A DNA stretch of 64,000 nucleotides. Source: Balanoglossus misakiensis (taxonomy: Eukaryota > Animalia > Hemichordata). A program made the position numbers and the translations under genes. The stretch covers positions 4,384,831-4,448,830 of the forward strand of contig CM082578.2 of NCBI GenBank assembly GCA_040954595.2. The letters are read 5' to 3'. Below are positions 1-14,111 of the stretch, piece by piece. How positions within the stretch are numbered: the first letter of the stretch is position 1; each line of letters begins with the position of its first letter. The notes beneath the pieces were generated by a model that made no database searches, was not told where the DNA came from, and was given only the letters and a program-made list of their open reading frames with translations.

Positions 1-32
1 CACGTAGGACACGGGTCGTTATTCACACTTAC

Positions 33-148
33 ATCATGACAGGCACTGAAACTACTCTCTCTGATGCCGGCACACTTGACTGTTGCGATGTCCACTCGTT
101 CGGAATAAAGGTAACAGTATGAATATTGATTGTCATCTGGGCATTGGT
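33..148 (-). CDS. Gene A exon: start of C8 (vWD-associated Cys-rich) region; gene continues off the left edge
   Basis: Acceptor ttcag and donor gtaagt, phase 1->0. Translates (D)QCPDDNQYSYCYLYSERVDIATVKCAGIRESSFSACHD; FSACH is typical of C8 following vWD. Confidence 0.8.
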
Positions 149-2221
149 CTGAAGGATAGAATGTCGAAACGAATAGATTCAGATGAGAAACAACATTTAT
201 AATAGCCGCAGGTGGTGTTGCACCCTACGCAAAGTAAACGTGGTTTAAAAAACATGTTTTGTCAGAAACCTAGAAATCAATTAAGATGTTACATTTGGAC
301 AGGGTTCAGTTGTTCCCTGTTTTTACGGGCAAAGTTTACGTCGCTTTATTTTGATTTAATTTTCAAATCTTATTTTCCTTGAGAGCTTTCGCTTATTCCA
401 CTGAAAATGGAATAAGTCGATGACATCATGTATGATACTTCAAAGAGTGTGAGATTAGAATGTTCATCACCAAGAGGTTCTTGTTTATCAGTACGCAAAA
501 CAAAACAAAATATAACTATGAAAATTCGATTTTTTTCATATTAGTACCCATCTGGGCAAAGCTACATGTATACACCACACAAATTTGACTTTGTGGATAT
601 TTAAACGCACTGAATAACGGGGAATAGCAGATACTTTGTCATCTCAGTATAATTGACAGCAGCCCAAAATAAATACAATGGCGACAGGGTCAGATTGGAA
701 TATTGATTGGTTTTACACGGCCACACGAATTTCAAGAAAGGGATGAATCGAAGAAACTCCAAGAGAAATTTGTCACGATCTCCTACTCTGAAAAATCACA
801 CTCATTGTCAATGATTTTAAAAGACCTTACCCTCAGTCATCAAAATGGCATCAAGCGCCCTCAATGGCAAGGGTTGCTAGACCAGGGAAGATTCCGCCCA
901 CAGAAAGATATGATTAAAGTAGCAAAACTATCGAATCCGCACGCGCGAAAAAGACGTGAGCGCTGACTGGTTCGGTATAGCCCTTTGTAGCAACAACATC
1001 GTCATCTTTGCTGTCACTCTGACTAACCAGACTTTTATTTGCTTGAAATAAAATGTCTCAATGCGCATGTATCTAAAGTAGAAAAGACCACATCCAGATT
1101 CGGATAGGTAATAATAGCATTGGAAATTTGGTCCCAGATATTTTTTTTCAATTGTCCACTGCGAATAATATTGTATATAAACATAGAATATGATAATACT
1201 GTTCCGAAGTTTCTTTTAATTTGAAATTTCAATATTCAATATGACTAAGCGAGATTGAATATTTACTGTCCGCAGCATAACCCGTACTGCGCATAACCCG
1301 AAGAATCGGCGGTTTAACATAACTGTATGTGCAGTATTCATTTTTATTGCACAGTCGGCGATGACATTTGATGCGGCTATTGGATTTTACACTCGGCCAA
1401 TACATAGACCTATAGTATCCGCTGCAAGTCTCGTGGGTCACTTCGGTTAAATTTATGAGTGCGGCATAAATTCACAGACTGTAAAAAATAACCTTTTCTC
1501 ACATCTGTCTGTGTAAATATTTTATGTTGGCACCATTATGGTTCTTCAAGCGGAGAATATATCATACGCGGTTTTACAATTTGATTTAATACCATTTGGA
1601 AAGACATATTACTGCTCTGGTGAAGGCCACGAATAGCGATCACGGTCAGCGTGCACCTGTTCTCCTAATTTCTGGGCTTATTTGGGACTCGCTAGAGCGC
1701 AATACGCTCTCAACTACAGTTTGGCGTGTACCTCAATAGCAGCTATAGTTTTAATCCAACCGTCGTAGTCGGTGGTACTCAGTCATAAAGCAGTGTTCGA
1801 ACTTGAGAGTTGGCCAATCTGGTGGGTGGGTGGGTGGTTAATGGGTGTGTAGGCAACTATTCTCACCTACACTTAAAGTTATGGTTTTAATATTTGGGCC
1901 AAGGTTACCTGAAAAATGGTGTTGTTTGGGAAATATAGCCACCTGATTGCCACCTGCCACATTGCGCAACCGTTACATGCACATCACGTTAAGCGTACGG
2001 CAATGATTTGTGAAGTCACACGTTTCTCTATCTTCAATTTGGCGGTTATTCATTCAACACAACTAGTGTAATACTCAGCAAACAGTGAAGGCTGCTTCAA
2101 GAGCCAAATGACACTTACTGCATTTAATAATATTGCCAATCCATACTTTCTTAAAAGAACATATGGTCGTAATGCGAAAAGTGTCAAACACTTCCAGTGT
2201 ACAAAATGTAACTGTACTCAC

Positions 2222-2743
2222 CATCAACATCGTTCATTTTATAGCTACTTGCGAACGCCGTCACCGAAGACACGGCATCGCCCTGCAGGTCGGTCAGATC
2301 ATCACCTGGAAACCCGTTAAATTTACCGCAAAGGCCACAGGTCTTGTTCGCCAGGTCATCGACGATGTGCACAAAGACAGCTTCGTCCGCATTCCACATC
2401 AGAGTGAAGCCCAGGGAACCGCTGACGATGACGTAGTCGGCAACCTTCTCTATGCGCATGCCGTCAATTGTCACGGGGATGGGCACGTTCTCGCCGCTCC
2501 TCCACATCATGGCGCCGTCCGGCCCTCTGTCCAACCTGTACTCTAGTCCCCCGACAAAGAGACTGATGGAGCGCCTGCAGTAAGTCTGATCGCGGCACTC
2601 GTTTTGGTTGTGGACGTGGATCTTGAAACTGTTCCCCAAACAGTCGCCGGCCAGTAGATAAGAACAGGACCCGTGGAAGTCATACATAATGCCGTCAAAT
2701 GTCCTGTAATGGTTCTGACCGTACGTAAAACAAAATCCATCGG
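2222..2743 (-). CDS. Gene A exon: von Willebrand factor type D (vWD) domain
   Basis: CFTYGQNHYRTFDGIMYDFHGSCSYLLAGDC...TCGLCGKFNGFPGDDL. Acceptor ttcag, donor gtgagt, 522 nt, phase 1-1. Confidence 0.93.
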
Positions 2744-3224
2744 CTGAAACAGTAAAAGACCGAGATACTAAGACACAGAAATACAGCTTTTTTCTGCTCG
2801 TGGAGTTTATTGATCAAAGACAGCCACATATTTTTTTTTGCCTATATAAAAAAAAATATTGATATGGACAGGCGTACATTTAAAACGGTATGCATTTATT
2901 CCAAATTGTGTTATCCAAACACGATAAGGTTTGTGGTTTACAGTTTACTGTTTGTTTACTTTAAAATTTTATGTGAGAGGACAGTCTAGTTTAGACTGTC
3001 GACTTGTCACGTCACCAGGTCAAAATAAGTGATTTTATATCCCAATAGTTCACACTGCTTCAGCGTGAAATCTGAGCTGGAATTACCGCCAAAGTGTAAA
3101 CACTGGCGACTCTCTTCAATAATATACCACATCTGCAAGTCATAATTCTATTTCTGCAAGGTTATCTGGTCAGTAGTCTAAATTTGGACGGCGGATCCAA
3201 TAAAAAGAAGAAAGCTGTACTCAC

Positions 3225-3290
3225 CCTCGCCCTCTTTTCGTACCCCTGGGATATCTGGTACATGAACACCAACTGTTGGTTCAACGGCGT
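3225..3290 (-). CDS. Gene A short linker exon
   Basis: 66 nt, phase 1-1, pyrimidine-rich acceptor (tacgtag) and gtgagt donor. Open frame AVEPTVGVHVPDIPGVRKEGE. Confidence 0.6.
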
Positions 3291-3685
3291 CTACGTAATC
3301 AAAGATTGAGGAGAAAACCATCGTGTCACATTGTTTGGCAATGTTTAGGTTGAGTTCACTTTCGATGACACCTTAAGCCTAAGCCGTGTAAACTGAAGTT
3401 GCATTTGTGTACGATCACAATCACGTTTTCTGTGCACTGCGATTCCCTCTTTGATGGTGCTAGACGGTTTCAAACGAGATTTACCCCCCCCCAAATGTTG
3501 ACACGACACACATTTTACGACGTTGCTTCACTTTGACGCGTCCATTGTTCAGATAAGGCTAAAGAATATGCTCATAGCCATATTGTCCCAACATTACAAA
3601 AAGTGACGTTCAGCCAAATAGTGTATGCAATCTCGCCAATTAACAGTTTACAAGAACATGTAGCAATATTTTCTTCTATCAGTTG

Positions 3686-4143
3686 TTCATTCATTCATTC
3701 ATTCATTCATTCATTCATTCATTCATTCATTCATTCATTCATTCATTCATTCATTCATTCATTCATTCATTCATTCATCCATTCATCCGTTCATTCATTT
3801 GTTCGTTCGTTCGTTCGTTCATTCATTCATTCATTCATTCATTCATTCGTTCATTCATTCATTCATTCATTCATTCATTCATTCATTCATTCATTCATTC
3901 ATTCATTCATTCATTCATTCATTCATTCATTCATCCATTCATCCGTTCATTCATTTGTTCGTTCGTTCGTTCGTTCATTCATTCATTCATTCATTCATTC
4001 ATTCATTCATTCATTCATTCATGAAGTTCATTCATGAAGTTCATTCATTCATTCATGAAGTTCATTCATACATTCATTCATTCATTCATTCATTCATTCA
4101 TTCATTCATTCATGAATGGATGAATGAATGAATGAATGAATGA
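3686..4143. repeat. (TTCA)n microsatellite ending in an inverted (TGAA)n tract
   Basis: Seen directly; it explains the FIHS-repeat ORFs. Confidence 0.97.
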
Positions 4144-4168
4144 TTCTAAATCCTCCGTGTGACTATAC

Positions 4169-4360
4169 CTGTACAAGTGATATCATCCGGGAGACTGGGA
4201 GACCATTCGGCCGTGTCTAGGTTACAGATGTATTTATCGGAGACGCCGTGAAGTAACCTCAGGTCTGCGAGACATTCCACAGTGCAAATGTATTGGTTTT
4301 CCGCTTGTACTTCACATCCCAGGGAACCATTGATCGGTGCAGGCGGTAGTCCACACACCA
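4169..4360 (-). CDS. Gene A exon: Sushi/CCP-like domain
   Basis: VCGLPPAPINGSLGC...CTVEC...YICNLDTAEWSPSLPDDITC. Acceptor ctacag, donor gtatag, 192 nt, phase 1-1. Confidence 0.85.
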
Positions 4361-7223
4361 CTGTAGATGGAAATATCACAATACTCTTTTTAACACCAAA
4401 ATCCCTTTCACAATTGGAATATTTATTAAAATGTATCAATTAGAGGCAACAGCGATTCATTAATCAGAAGTCGATACGGTGCTTCACTGTTGAATGAATT
4501 TTGTGACAAGCTCGATAATTGTAATGGTATTGAATAAAGTTAACACAAAATAGTATAGACATATGATTAAATGGTCTAAACCGACTGTGTACATTTGGAT
4601 AGGTTTGACACCAGATGAGAGTGTTAGTAACGGAACAGTGACTCTAATGAGTCCATGATTTCACTACACGCATGCGCGCCTGGAGGTGGTGTACCATCAA
4701 GACCGCAATGCATGCTGGTGTCATTGGAGACGAGAGACAGAACGGTTCGGCCGGAGTTGGGCTATCGCAGCGATTTTATTAATCATTCCTCGCAGGTGAT
4801 ATAAATATATAGCCTGAAAAAGACAGAAGCCGGGCCTCTCGAGAGATGCTAGCAGTCAAATCTGGGTCTGCCTTTCCTTCTCCCATCTTTCTACCTTGTA
4901 CTGCTCTGCCTGTCATAAACAAACGAACCTAAATACATCATGATGATAAATTTATGTCATCATGATTTATTCATACGAACGCTTTGCGTGATCAGTATTC
5001 CATAATTGCTATAATTTTAATAATTTTATAGCTCCAAGCCAAGTAGAATTCTGCTCTGTGGGTGACATACGATCGGTGAACGACTTCTTGGTCTAAGCTT
5101 TAGGAAAATCGGACAAAAGTCCCAAACTATGACAATGTACAGCGTTCCAACGTTAAATTACCATTCATGTCTTCATAATAATTGTTGTAAAAGGAGATAA
5201 AATCAACATGTGGGAATATTACTTCAGATCACTAGTGGCCCGTCGGTAGAAGCAACAGTGACTGTGCCCAATCCGGAACTTTGATTTTGAACACACCACG
5301 AAAACGGTATTTCTCGTATATATATACAATTTAGCTGCATCAGTTTTCGCGCACAACACTTAGAGACTTGACTCGACCGTCCGTGAATTTTCGCACATTC
5401 ACGCGGTGCATACGTGATAAATATCACACCATGTCGACGTCAGACGTTAAATTTCGTCGCTTGACACATGCCTTTAATGGTCAGATTGGTTTTGCGAATT
5501 TGGAGTTTTCATAAAACAGCTACTAATACCCGCCATCCGATCATAGATGATAACACTTAACTACTGAGACAAGATACTAAATATAGTAACGGCAGACGAC
5601 AGGCCGAAAATGATCTCCCCCCCCCCTGCTGACGATGCATGTACATGTATTATACAAAGAATATATGGTCTAATCTCTGGAGGTCTCACAAAAGATGGGC
5701 GACATCTTTTTATGATCACTGAGCTCTAGAATTTCATGAACACGACGGGAACTGGTGAAAGTGTCAAACGGTGACGACCCCTCTCGCATAAGTGTCAGCA
5801 AGTAACAATTTCACGGCCTGTGAAAAAGATAAGTGAACACTGTTCGCAACTGCACGCTGATAATTGATTTGCACTTCATCGCGAAAGCATGCAGCGACAA
5901 AACGAAGGGATGAACAAGAAACAAATCAGGAACACGTCACGTGGCTGAATCTCTCATGCATGATGACAGTTGCATTTTCTTGAACCGTCGCTCATACATT
6001 AAAGGAAGTGGGCCAGACTCGATGACAGGAAATTCTTTGACCCCGTCAGGAAAAAAAACAAGGCACGGGGAATTGCCATGCCCTCTCTGATCATAACAGC
6101 TGGTTGGAGGAAATAAATAATACACACAAAGTCACGCGAAAATGGCGACTGATACACTGCCTTGAATTACGCGGTAATACAGTGTGATCGAATATAAAAG
6201 GACGCTTTAGAGGTCTGCACAGTCGCCCTTGTCTTAACGCTGAACGATAGTTCAAAATTAACATGTGCGATAAATGAACCTAAACGTGTTTAAGAATGAA
6301 ACAATACACTTAGTCCTTTAAATAATTATGCACCGCTCTATTGAATCGCATCGCCCAACAAGTGGGCCAAGTCCCACTTTTCTATTCCTCGTGCAAAATC
6401 AGAAAGAACTTGATTTGGGCGCGGCCTTGATGGGTTTTTTTACAATGATGCTTTGAGAGGACCAATTATTCGGTCCCAACGGGACAAAATTCAAAAGATG
6501 TGTCATCACTATCAGGAAGGTGGACAACTCTGTGCAACAGAATCGCTACATCTTCATCAGGAACTTTCAGATGTTGTTCCCGTGTATCGCAGAGAACCTT
6601 TTTGAAATAAAACAAGCAATTTTGTTCCAAGCTTCTGGGCCAGAATATTTTCTGCCTGGGACCCAGGGCAACTTTTTGTTCGGCATCGCCTTAGACAGAC
6701 GAGCGATGTCTGAGGTTTGTAATTAGGTCGACCGTCTGAAAGTGGGTTACCGGACTCGGAAACACAAATACATATATTACGGTTGGCCTTATTTTAATGC
6801 ACTGTATATGCCAGGAATTTAATTTATTGCCGCGAATACAATTATACCTGACCCGCCGCATGCGCGTTTTACTTTTTCTGCATTTAAGAATCAAATGCAT
6901 TGACTAAAACGTAGTGGGGACTGACGTACTGAACTTTGGACCAGGCTGCCAACTTTCGACTTTGGGTGTTTGAGTGAATTCGGCCAGGAAAATATATATA
7001 CACAGGCATAGGTGCCACGTTTACACACTTTGACATTGAAGAAACCTTTTGATGTTCTTGCTTAATTAGCTTTGTATCGTGTGAAGATTGCTGTCGCTGC
7101 CATAATCAAAATGACGCGATGCATTGGGTGGCTGAAACTGAAGGGGGGGGGGGGGTATTGACTAACGAACATGAGATAAGGTAAGGTGGTTTGAGGATTT
7201 GACGATATATAGTATTAGCTCAC

Positions 7224-7346
7224 CTTCATCACAGTATTCGCCAGTGAATCCCTTGGTACATATGCATTCATAAGTCAGTTTGTTGGGTTCATTCCTGCAA
7301 ATTGCACCGTTCCTGCACTCGTTCGACTCACAGTAATCAATGGGAG
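7224..7346 (-). CDS. Gene A exon: EGF-like domain
   Basis: IDYCESNECRNGAICRNEPNKLTYECICTKGFTGEYCDE, six-Cys EGF pattern. 123 nt, phase 1-1, donor gtgagc. Confidence 0.92.
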
Positions 7347-7626
7347 CTATATAATGACAATTGGAAAAAGGAAAAGCGTGTGATCCTGTGAAAAATATGA
7401 CATTTGCAATGTTGACACGTGCAAAAGCTAGATGGGTGGTAAGATTTCCCAATGTGAGCAACATCTATCATTTGGTTATTTTTGTGCGACAAATTCTTGC
7501 ACGAAATTTAGATAATTTACCGACTCTAATATGAGAAATAGTGCCCCTCGCCTAAATTTCACCGGCGCAGAAAAATTGCGTTCACGTGCTGTCACTCCTA
7601 ACAACGTCATTGTGCAGTGCACTTAC

Positions 7627-7768
7627 CGTTATCACAGCCGTATACCTCAAATCGAAGACAGGTGTTGACGTGTTTACTTCTTGGATTCAGTCTAATGTAA
7701 CGGGCCACAAAGCTGGAGTCAAGCGTATGCCGCACTGGGCGAATCGCGTCCTCGTTCCCATCAAATAC
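7627..7768 (-). CDS. Gene A exon: C-terminal half of FA58C/discoidin domain (not in ORF track)
   Basis: VFDGNEDAIRPVRHTLDSSFVARYIRLNPRSKHVNTCLRFEVYGC with ARYIR and LRFEVYGC motifs. Phase 0->1, donor gtaagt. Confidence 0.92.
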
Positions 7769-7889
7769 CTTTTATGAAGAGGTTTAAGATCTTATGAGTT
7801 TCTGCAAAAAGTTCTCATGGCGAATAAAAGACTTTACAAGAAGACATTGTCGCCGACATTGTCGCCCGTGTTAAATGTGACCTACTCAC

Positions 7890-8185
7890 CTTGACTGTGC
7901 TGCCTTCTAAGTAGTCATAAAATGTCCTCCCACGATCACTGTACTGCAGTGTGTATGACGTCACCCAAGCACCGTCTTCACTGCTGCCCTGTGTAGCAAC
8001 GCCTGTGATTTTCTTGTTCTCGCCCAGGTCTACCTGGATATACGGCCGGTCATTGGAACCGTCGGTGCACCATGCACCCATGTAATGAAGTCGGGCGTGT
8101 GAGGCAGGATTTGTTGACGTCTGACTGGAAGCGCTGAAACTGCTGTCGTCGCTAACGCCAGTCTCCAGAAGAGGAAGGGAACAGT
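7890..8185 (-). CDS. Gene A exon: N-terminal half of FA58C/discoidin domain
   Basis: CSLPL...FSASS...ARLHYMGAWC...YIQVDLGENKKITGVATQG...WVTSYTLQYS. Phase 1->0, donor gtgagt. Confidence 0.93.
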
Positions 8186-10093
8186 CTGTCGCGAAGGAAA
8201 GAAAGAAAGAAAGAAAGAGATTTAATTACATGTATCAGTGCTTGACTGTGAGCAATTATTGTTCAGTATCCCCGCGTTAAATTATTTCAATGGGCATTCC
8301 GGCGTTCATCATGTACTAAGCCCAAAAGTCACATTCTATTGTAACCAAGGAAACTTTTACTGTTATGTTTGTTAGAAGGTTCAGTTTATTGTTTCACTAT
8401 TTTGGGATAATTGCGTTCAGAAATGGCACAATTGAGACTTTCTTCTTACACACAACAAATATTACTCCATCGTTTTACTCAATTTATTCGTGTGCAATCC
8501 CGGTGTAGTTTCAGTCGTGTTTAGTTCTTTGTCACACCGTGCACGTAATGTCGAGGATTTTAAGACATTTGTTTATTTGCAGTTGGACTATGAGAAGAAC
8601 CACAATACAACATTCTAATCATGTGCCAAAATTTACTGATGCATTTTGTACGAGCGCAATAACAGACAGGCAGAACAACAGACAGTTATTGGTATGGGGA
8701 TCTGGTGTATCGTACAGCGCTAACTTTACAGCCGGGGCGATACCATTAATTCATGGGGGAGGCCGTGAGGTTTGCGGTTTCAACACCCAGAACTGCAGTG
8801 GCTTGAACTTGCCGATAAAAAAGCCATGTCGAAACGAATTTTGACTGATGAAAGTTTTAAGAATACTTTAGAAAAAAAGCCCAAACGTGTAAATGTATCG
8901 AACATAAGGTGTGCGGCCTCTCGGCACTACGCTGAAAAAGATCGGCACAGTTTGAAATGATCGGTAGGCATCTTGGTAGGACAACGTTTATCGGCCGACA
9001 TAGTGTGTAAGTGATCGGTAGTTTGAACACCTTTATCGGCATTAAATGGTCAGTAGCATATTTTCTACAAATAAACTTTTTACTAACGTTTATTCTAAAT
9101 GTCTGGGGTCATGTAAAGTATTCAACATTGAACTGCACATTGTGCTTTCAGCATCGGATCGCCTCGTGTCACAAGTTGCTATCCAGGTGGTAGCCAGGGA
9201 TAAAATATACGAGAGCCAACATGATCACTTATGTCATAAATTATGTCATTATTCCATCGCCGTAAATTGCGCGCTTTATGGATATAGCGGCTTTTTTCTT
9301 GCCGAATAATCGGAAGTAGACAAGCTCGATTCCGGTAGACATCAATAAATTATATTAACGTATATACATGACGTCATCCCTGACACGCAAACGACGCGTG
9401 GCATATAATCCTTATTAGTTGGGCCCTGACCCGTTGACGCAATGGTGCCTCTTTGCCGCCGGTAAAAGTTGAGTTGGCATTCCGTATAGGCCATCATTGC
9501 CACACTTAACTACCCTGGATGAACTACTTCATACTATAAATAGTATTCATACTATTTACTATGACGTGCGCAGTCTGCCTGAGTAGTATTTCTAACCAAT
9601 AATCAAAAGTACGAATTCCTAGTATTTTCCCTCAAGTTTTCTCAGATTTGTTCAAATATGATTAGCCGGTGGTGGGAACAAACTATACATACATAGAAAA
9701 AAGACATCGACCGACATTTGTCAATTGCTGTGCTTTCATGAAAAGTTAAATAATTACACTGCGCCAGTGTTAGCATGTTCGACGAGCTGGTAAGGGATAA
9801 TTATGTATTAGAGCCCGCAACTGCATGCATGCATGCATGCACGCACTGGAAAAGCAGTATGATAATGACTTATTATTTTCCTGTAGTGTATGCCTTATGA
9901 TTGGGCCTGACTGTCTTCAGAGGTTATTCTGAGGTTTGTGTCGTGGAAATACGTCACGCTACGCGGCTACACCAGAAGCGGCCGGTTTCCTTACAGTTTT
10001 TATGTAAGGGAATAGGATTCACAACATTAGCGATGACGGAGGGCGTCCAGTTGTCCGCGGGATACAGGAGACATCTCTAATAGCTCCACTCAC

Positions 10094-10215
10094 CGTAGCA
10101 ATTGGCAACGTCGTCATTGGGCTCCCAGCCACCGTTGTCGTAGTTGCAGCTGTACGACTTGATGTTGAAACCATATGGGAAAACGTACCCCGGCTTGCAA
10201 GATGGGCTACAACTT
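10094..10215 (-). CDS. Gene A exon: second half of first Sushi/CCP-like domain
   Basis: Strong acceptor ttttggttcccccttcag, phase 2->1. SCSPSCKPGYVFPYGFNIKSYSCNYDNGGWEPNDDVANCY, donor gtgagt. Confidence 0.82.
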
Positions 10216-10610
10216 CTGAAGGGGGAACCAAAAGTCGTTTCGAAATCAGTTTTCGACATCAGTGCTATAAATGCTTGTATCAAAAGCCGGAGCTTAGGTG
10301 GGGGTGGGGGTGGGGGAAGACGTGTAAACAAAACAAAAATGTTCTCATTGTAGTTCAAAAAGGAAAAAAAATGTTACAAAAAATTTAATGTAAAGAAAAT
10401 AATACTACTTATAAATACATAAGCGTCAGAAAGAGACCAAACGATATATTTTCCATCGATATACAAACTCGACGCCTTGTTCTAATAGTCAGGCTTGTAA
10501 ATTTTGTTTTATCGACCTGTTTTTTTGTGTGAAATATCATAATTGATTGAAAAAAAAACTTGAATACTGGTTTTACAAAAATGGAAAGTTAAAAGAAATG
10601 AAGCACATAC

Positions 10611-10683
10611 AGGGATATATCACCACGATTGACACATACGAAGCTTCCGTGTCTAGGTTTTCGTAGAGTTGGACAGGCCTGAC
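10611..10683 (-). CDS. Gene A exon: first half of first Sushi/CCP-like domain
   Basis: Acceptor ttccag, donor gtatgt, phase 1->2 matching the next exon. QACPTLRKPRHGSFVCVNRGDISL. Confidence 0.75.
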
Positions 10684-13600
10684 CTGGAATTAGACATGAT
10701 GAAAAGGCATGAACTGTTTTGTTGGCTGGGTAGGAGACAGTTAACGTTTCTACATGTGCGATGATTTTAATTCCCGTATCAAAATTGAAAATGTCAGTTA
10801 GAATGTGTAAGTTAGCTAGAGGGCGTGCTGCATTATACAAAGTTGACCAAACAAACCTTAGGATATACAGCTGTATATAGTCAGTTGGTCGGCTACAGTT
10901 GCCACCTTTTGCATTATTTTCATGATTTTATTTTCTAACTTAAATTAGTCCATCTAAATAAGCTTACTGATAACTATACATGAACACCTGATCGATGCCC
11001 GATTGTGGCTGTATTTAGCGATTTGAAGACACGCTATGTATTAAAACGATGCCGCATAGATTTAATCAGCCTTCATACAAACAGTTGGCAGCTATCGTGA
11101 TATGTGTCGCCAAGAGACGACAAACCGATGCAAATGCAAGTAATATGGCTTAATGGTGAGGAATTTAGAGGATAGGGGATATATTTAAAGTATTTTATTG
11201 TGGAAAAAATATGTGAAATTTGGCAGCTATAGGGGCTTTAATGCGTTATAAATAAAAGGGCTAACGCTTGCATCACCTATAAGTGACAGTAATGACGTTA
11301 CGGTTGGCCTAAAGTGTATCTTGCTGCATTTCTCAAATAACATTGTAATACAGACATTTGAGGCGCTCAGGCGAAATCTAATGAATGAATTTTTGAGCGT
11401 TTGAGGAAGGCTGTAACGGACTCATTTTGACGGATTTTAACTCAGATGCAGTATTTTATTCGTCAAATTTTAAACTGTGTAGAGATCCAGGTTACTTGTG
11501 ATTGCTTAATGGTCTTTTGGTTTTTTTTTTACTTACGTCATTTTCTATTTCATTTAATTATTTTGTTTGTTTTAGTCATTGGTGTGTGTTTTTCCTCTTT
11601 TTAAATATTGGATTTTTCGTTTCCTGAAATTAAGTTTCATTATAAAAATAACTAATTCAAAATGAGCGCTGGATTATACATTTTGCGACTGAAGGTATCT
11701 TCTGTGAAAGTGTAGCTGGAAATGATTTGTTTATTTCTTTAGAAAAATGAGGGCGCTGTCGACGATTCTGTGGCCGGTTTGAAATTTTGAAAGGTTCAAC
11801 ATTTTTCAATGTCACGTCATTGGGGGCTACGATTCCCATAGGTACGCTGTTGGTATCGTGCACTGTATGACCTATACACTTTGAACTCTTTCGCCTGAAT
11901 CTCACCAAGATTATATTTGTCAAGCGCAGGTCGCCGGCAGAACAAAATGGGTTTATTTTTCAGCGTTGCAAAAGATTTGACCAATTGAAACCAACCACTT
12001 GAGATTATTACAAACGAATAAGTCGATGTTATTGTTTTTTTTTTTTTTTATTTAGTAGACACATTTTGAATAAAAATCACACAAAACATCGCTCATTTCA
12101 TGTATGTGTGAATGAACCAGTCCGATCTCTTGAAAGTTGATAGGCGGTCCGCAATAGTATTTAAGGTGGCATTGATCATTCAACGCGGTGGCAGGGTTAC
12201 ACAATGTGACCAAAAATAAATAGTCGAGATAATGTTAGCCCACACCCTTGCATGAATGAATTTCCCACGGAATGACTTCAACCGGGCGTTCAGACTATGC
12301 ACAAAAAATTCCTTCACGCGTGTATCTAACCATCCGTTTGATGTCCAATCATTGCATTAGTATTCTTAGAAGAGCAAATGGTTTTCTCTTGTTACTATTC
12401 GTTTCATGTGTGAAGATGGATGAACAGTCAATGGTCGGTTGGTTGCCAGAATAAAACAATAACCTGTATTGTAAAGAATATCTTAAAGTTCTGCTGACTT
12501 TCGCTCCAGATGACACGGATAGATTTCATGCACATGCAAGGCAAAGTGCGAGGTGAGATCTTGACGGTCGTTGCGATATAATGAAATAAGTGATACACTA
12601 AATTAATTATACACAGCTGTTTTCTCAATGTTTCTATGCTCACACTGTATCATTCTTAGATGGCGGTGTAAGTCTTTGAACGGTCTGCATAACCGTTGTT
12701 GTCCCTGGACAGAAAATCTCGGATCTGATTTATTATAAGAAAGGTACTGGGTAGCGTGTGTGAAACTGTGTCCGACGAAGCCGCACCCGTTTGTGCAATG
12801 CATTGTGTGTGCCAATCTGGTAAATGTTGGCTGTGAGGATAGAAATGTTGAATTAAAGGTAATACGGCCACCTCCAATTTACATACGCCCATATATAGCT
12901 GAAATGGCGTATTTGAGTGTTCTAAAGAATATATGGTGGCGCTCTTTTTTTCGCGTGTGCCACCCACTTTAAATCTGTGATTGGCTAGATCTCAATTTTC
13001 CATGGTAACTCTAGCTAAATTTGCACAGGTGACTAAATACCTTTAATTCAAGTTCATTATCCGCCAACCGCATTCATGGTTAGTGACAGTAACTTGTCTT
13101 TGATGACGTAATAGAACTAACGTGAGGAAATAGCACTACTCCGTGGATTGGTTAAAATAATCACTGCCTGCAGGCGATTATTATATTCTAGTGATAAATA
13201 TCCTTGCCTCTCAACATGGCCCTGGCCTCTAATGACCAGTCGGCGATTTGGGCACTAATTCTGGCATTCAATGTCGCGATAATGTTCTATGGATGTTCTT
13301 GCGTGTTATGTTTAATGTCCGGCAGTTAACTGTCGGAAGTTGACTCTTGTTCGTTTTTTCCTGTCTTGAATGCTGTAATTCAAACTTTTTTAAAGATCGA
13401 GGTCAAGGTAATGAAACACGAAAGATATTCTAGGAGGGCTGTGTATTTGTTCTGTTGTGGCACTCTTGTCATGGATGTGCCACTCTATATTTCGTGTATT
13501 TTGTGGCCAAACCTGTGAGGCAGAAATAACAACGCCAATATATCTGTACCAAGGTTACACCAAAACGAAACCTGGAATCATTCTACTCAGTTTACAATAT

Positions 13601-14111
13601 GGAGCCACAATTTACAATGCATAATGATCGGTTTTAATTCTGATGATATATTTTGTTCTAAATGTCTAACTGTAACGTTCTTACAACTTTTGTGATTCTA
13701 ACCTGTTGAAAATCAAAATCAATTAATAAGGTATTGGGGTTTATTAGTTAGTTTGTTACCATTTTGTCGGTTGGCGTCCCTGAAATAGTTATTATGTCCG
13801 GACAGGCAAATTCATCATCTCTGACAGTCATTTGAGTTATTTTAGCATCGGTATTCTGCTCGCTGGAAACTAGGATAAAGTATCGGTTATAAAACGTCCA
13901 AACGTAACCTTTGCCGACCATTATGACACCACATGATTTAGTGTGTAATACTATAACGTCTCTTCACACATTTATGAAATTATGTCATCGGATTACTATT
14001 ATACTATGCCAGCATCCAGGGTGAGTAAAAAGGGTTGCATGCTCCAGTAACCGGTTCTAGAATTCCGGTTTCCAGACAACCTGAATCCGGACAACAACTT
14101 GCATTGGTTAA

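Noticed and set aside
3603-4131. ORFs of repeating FIHS
   Set aside because: Translation of the (TTCA)n microsatellite inside an intron of the opposite-strand gene.
4622-5067. Possible solo LTR (TG...CA with TATA-like box at ~4800)
   Set aside because: No target-site duplication and no second copy in the window.
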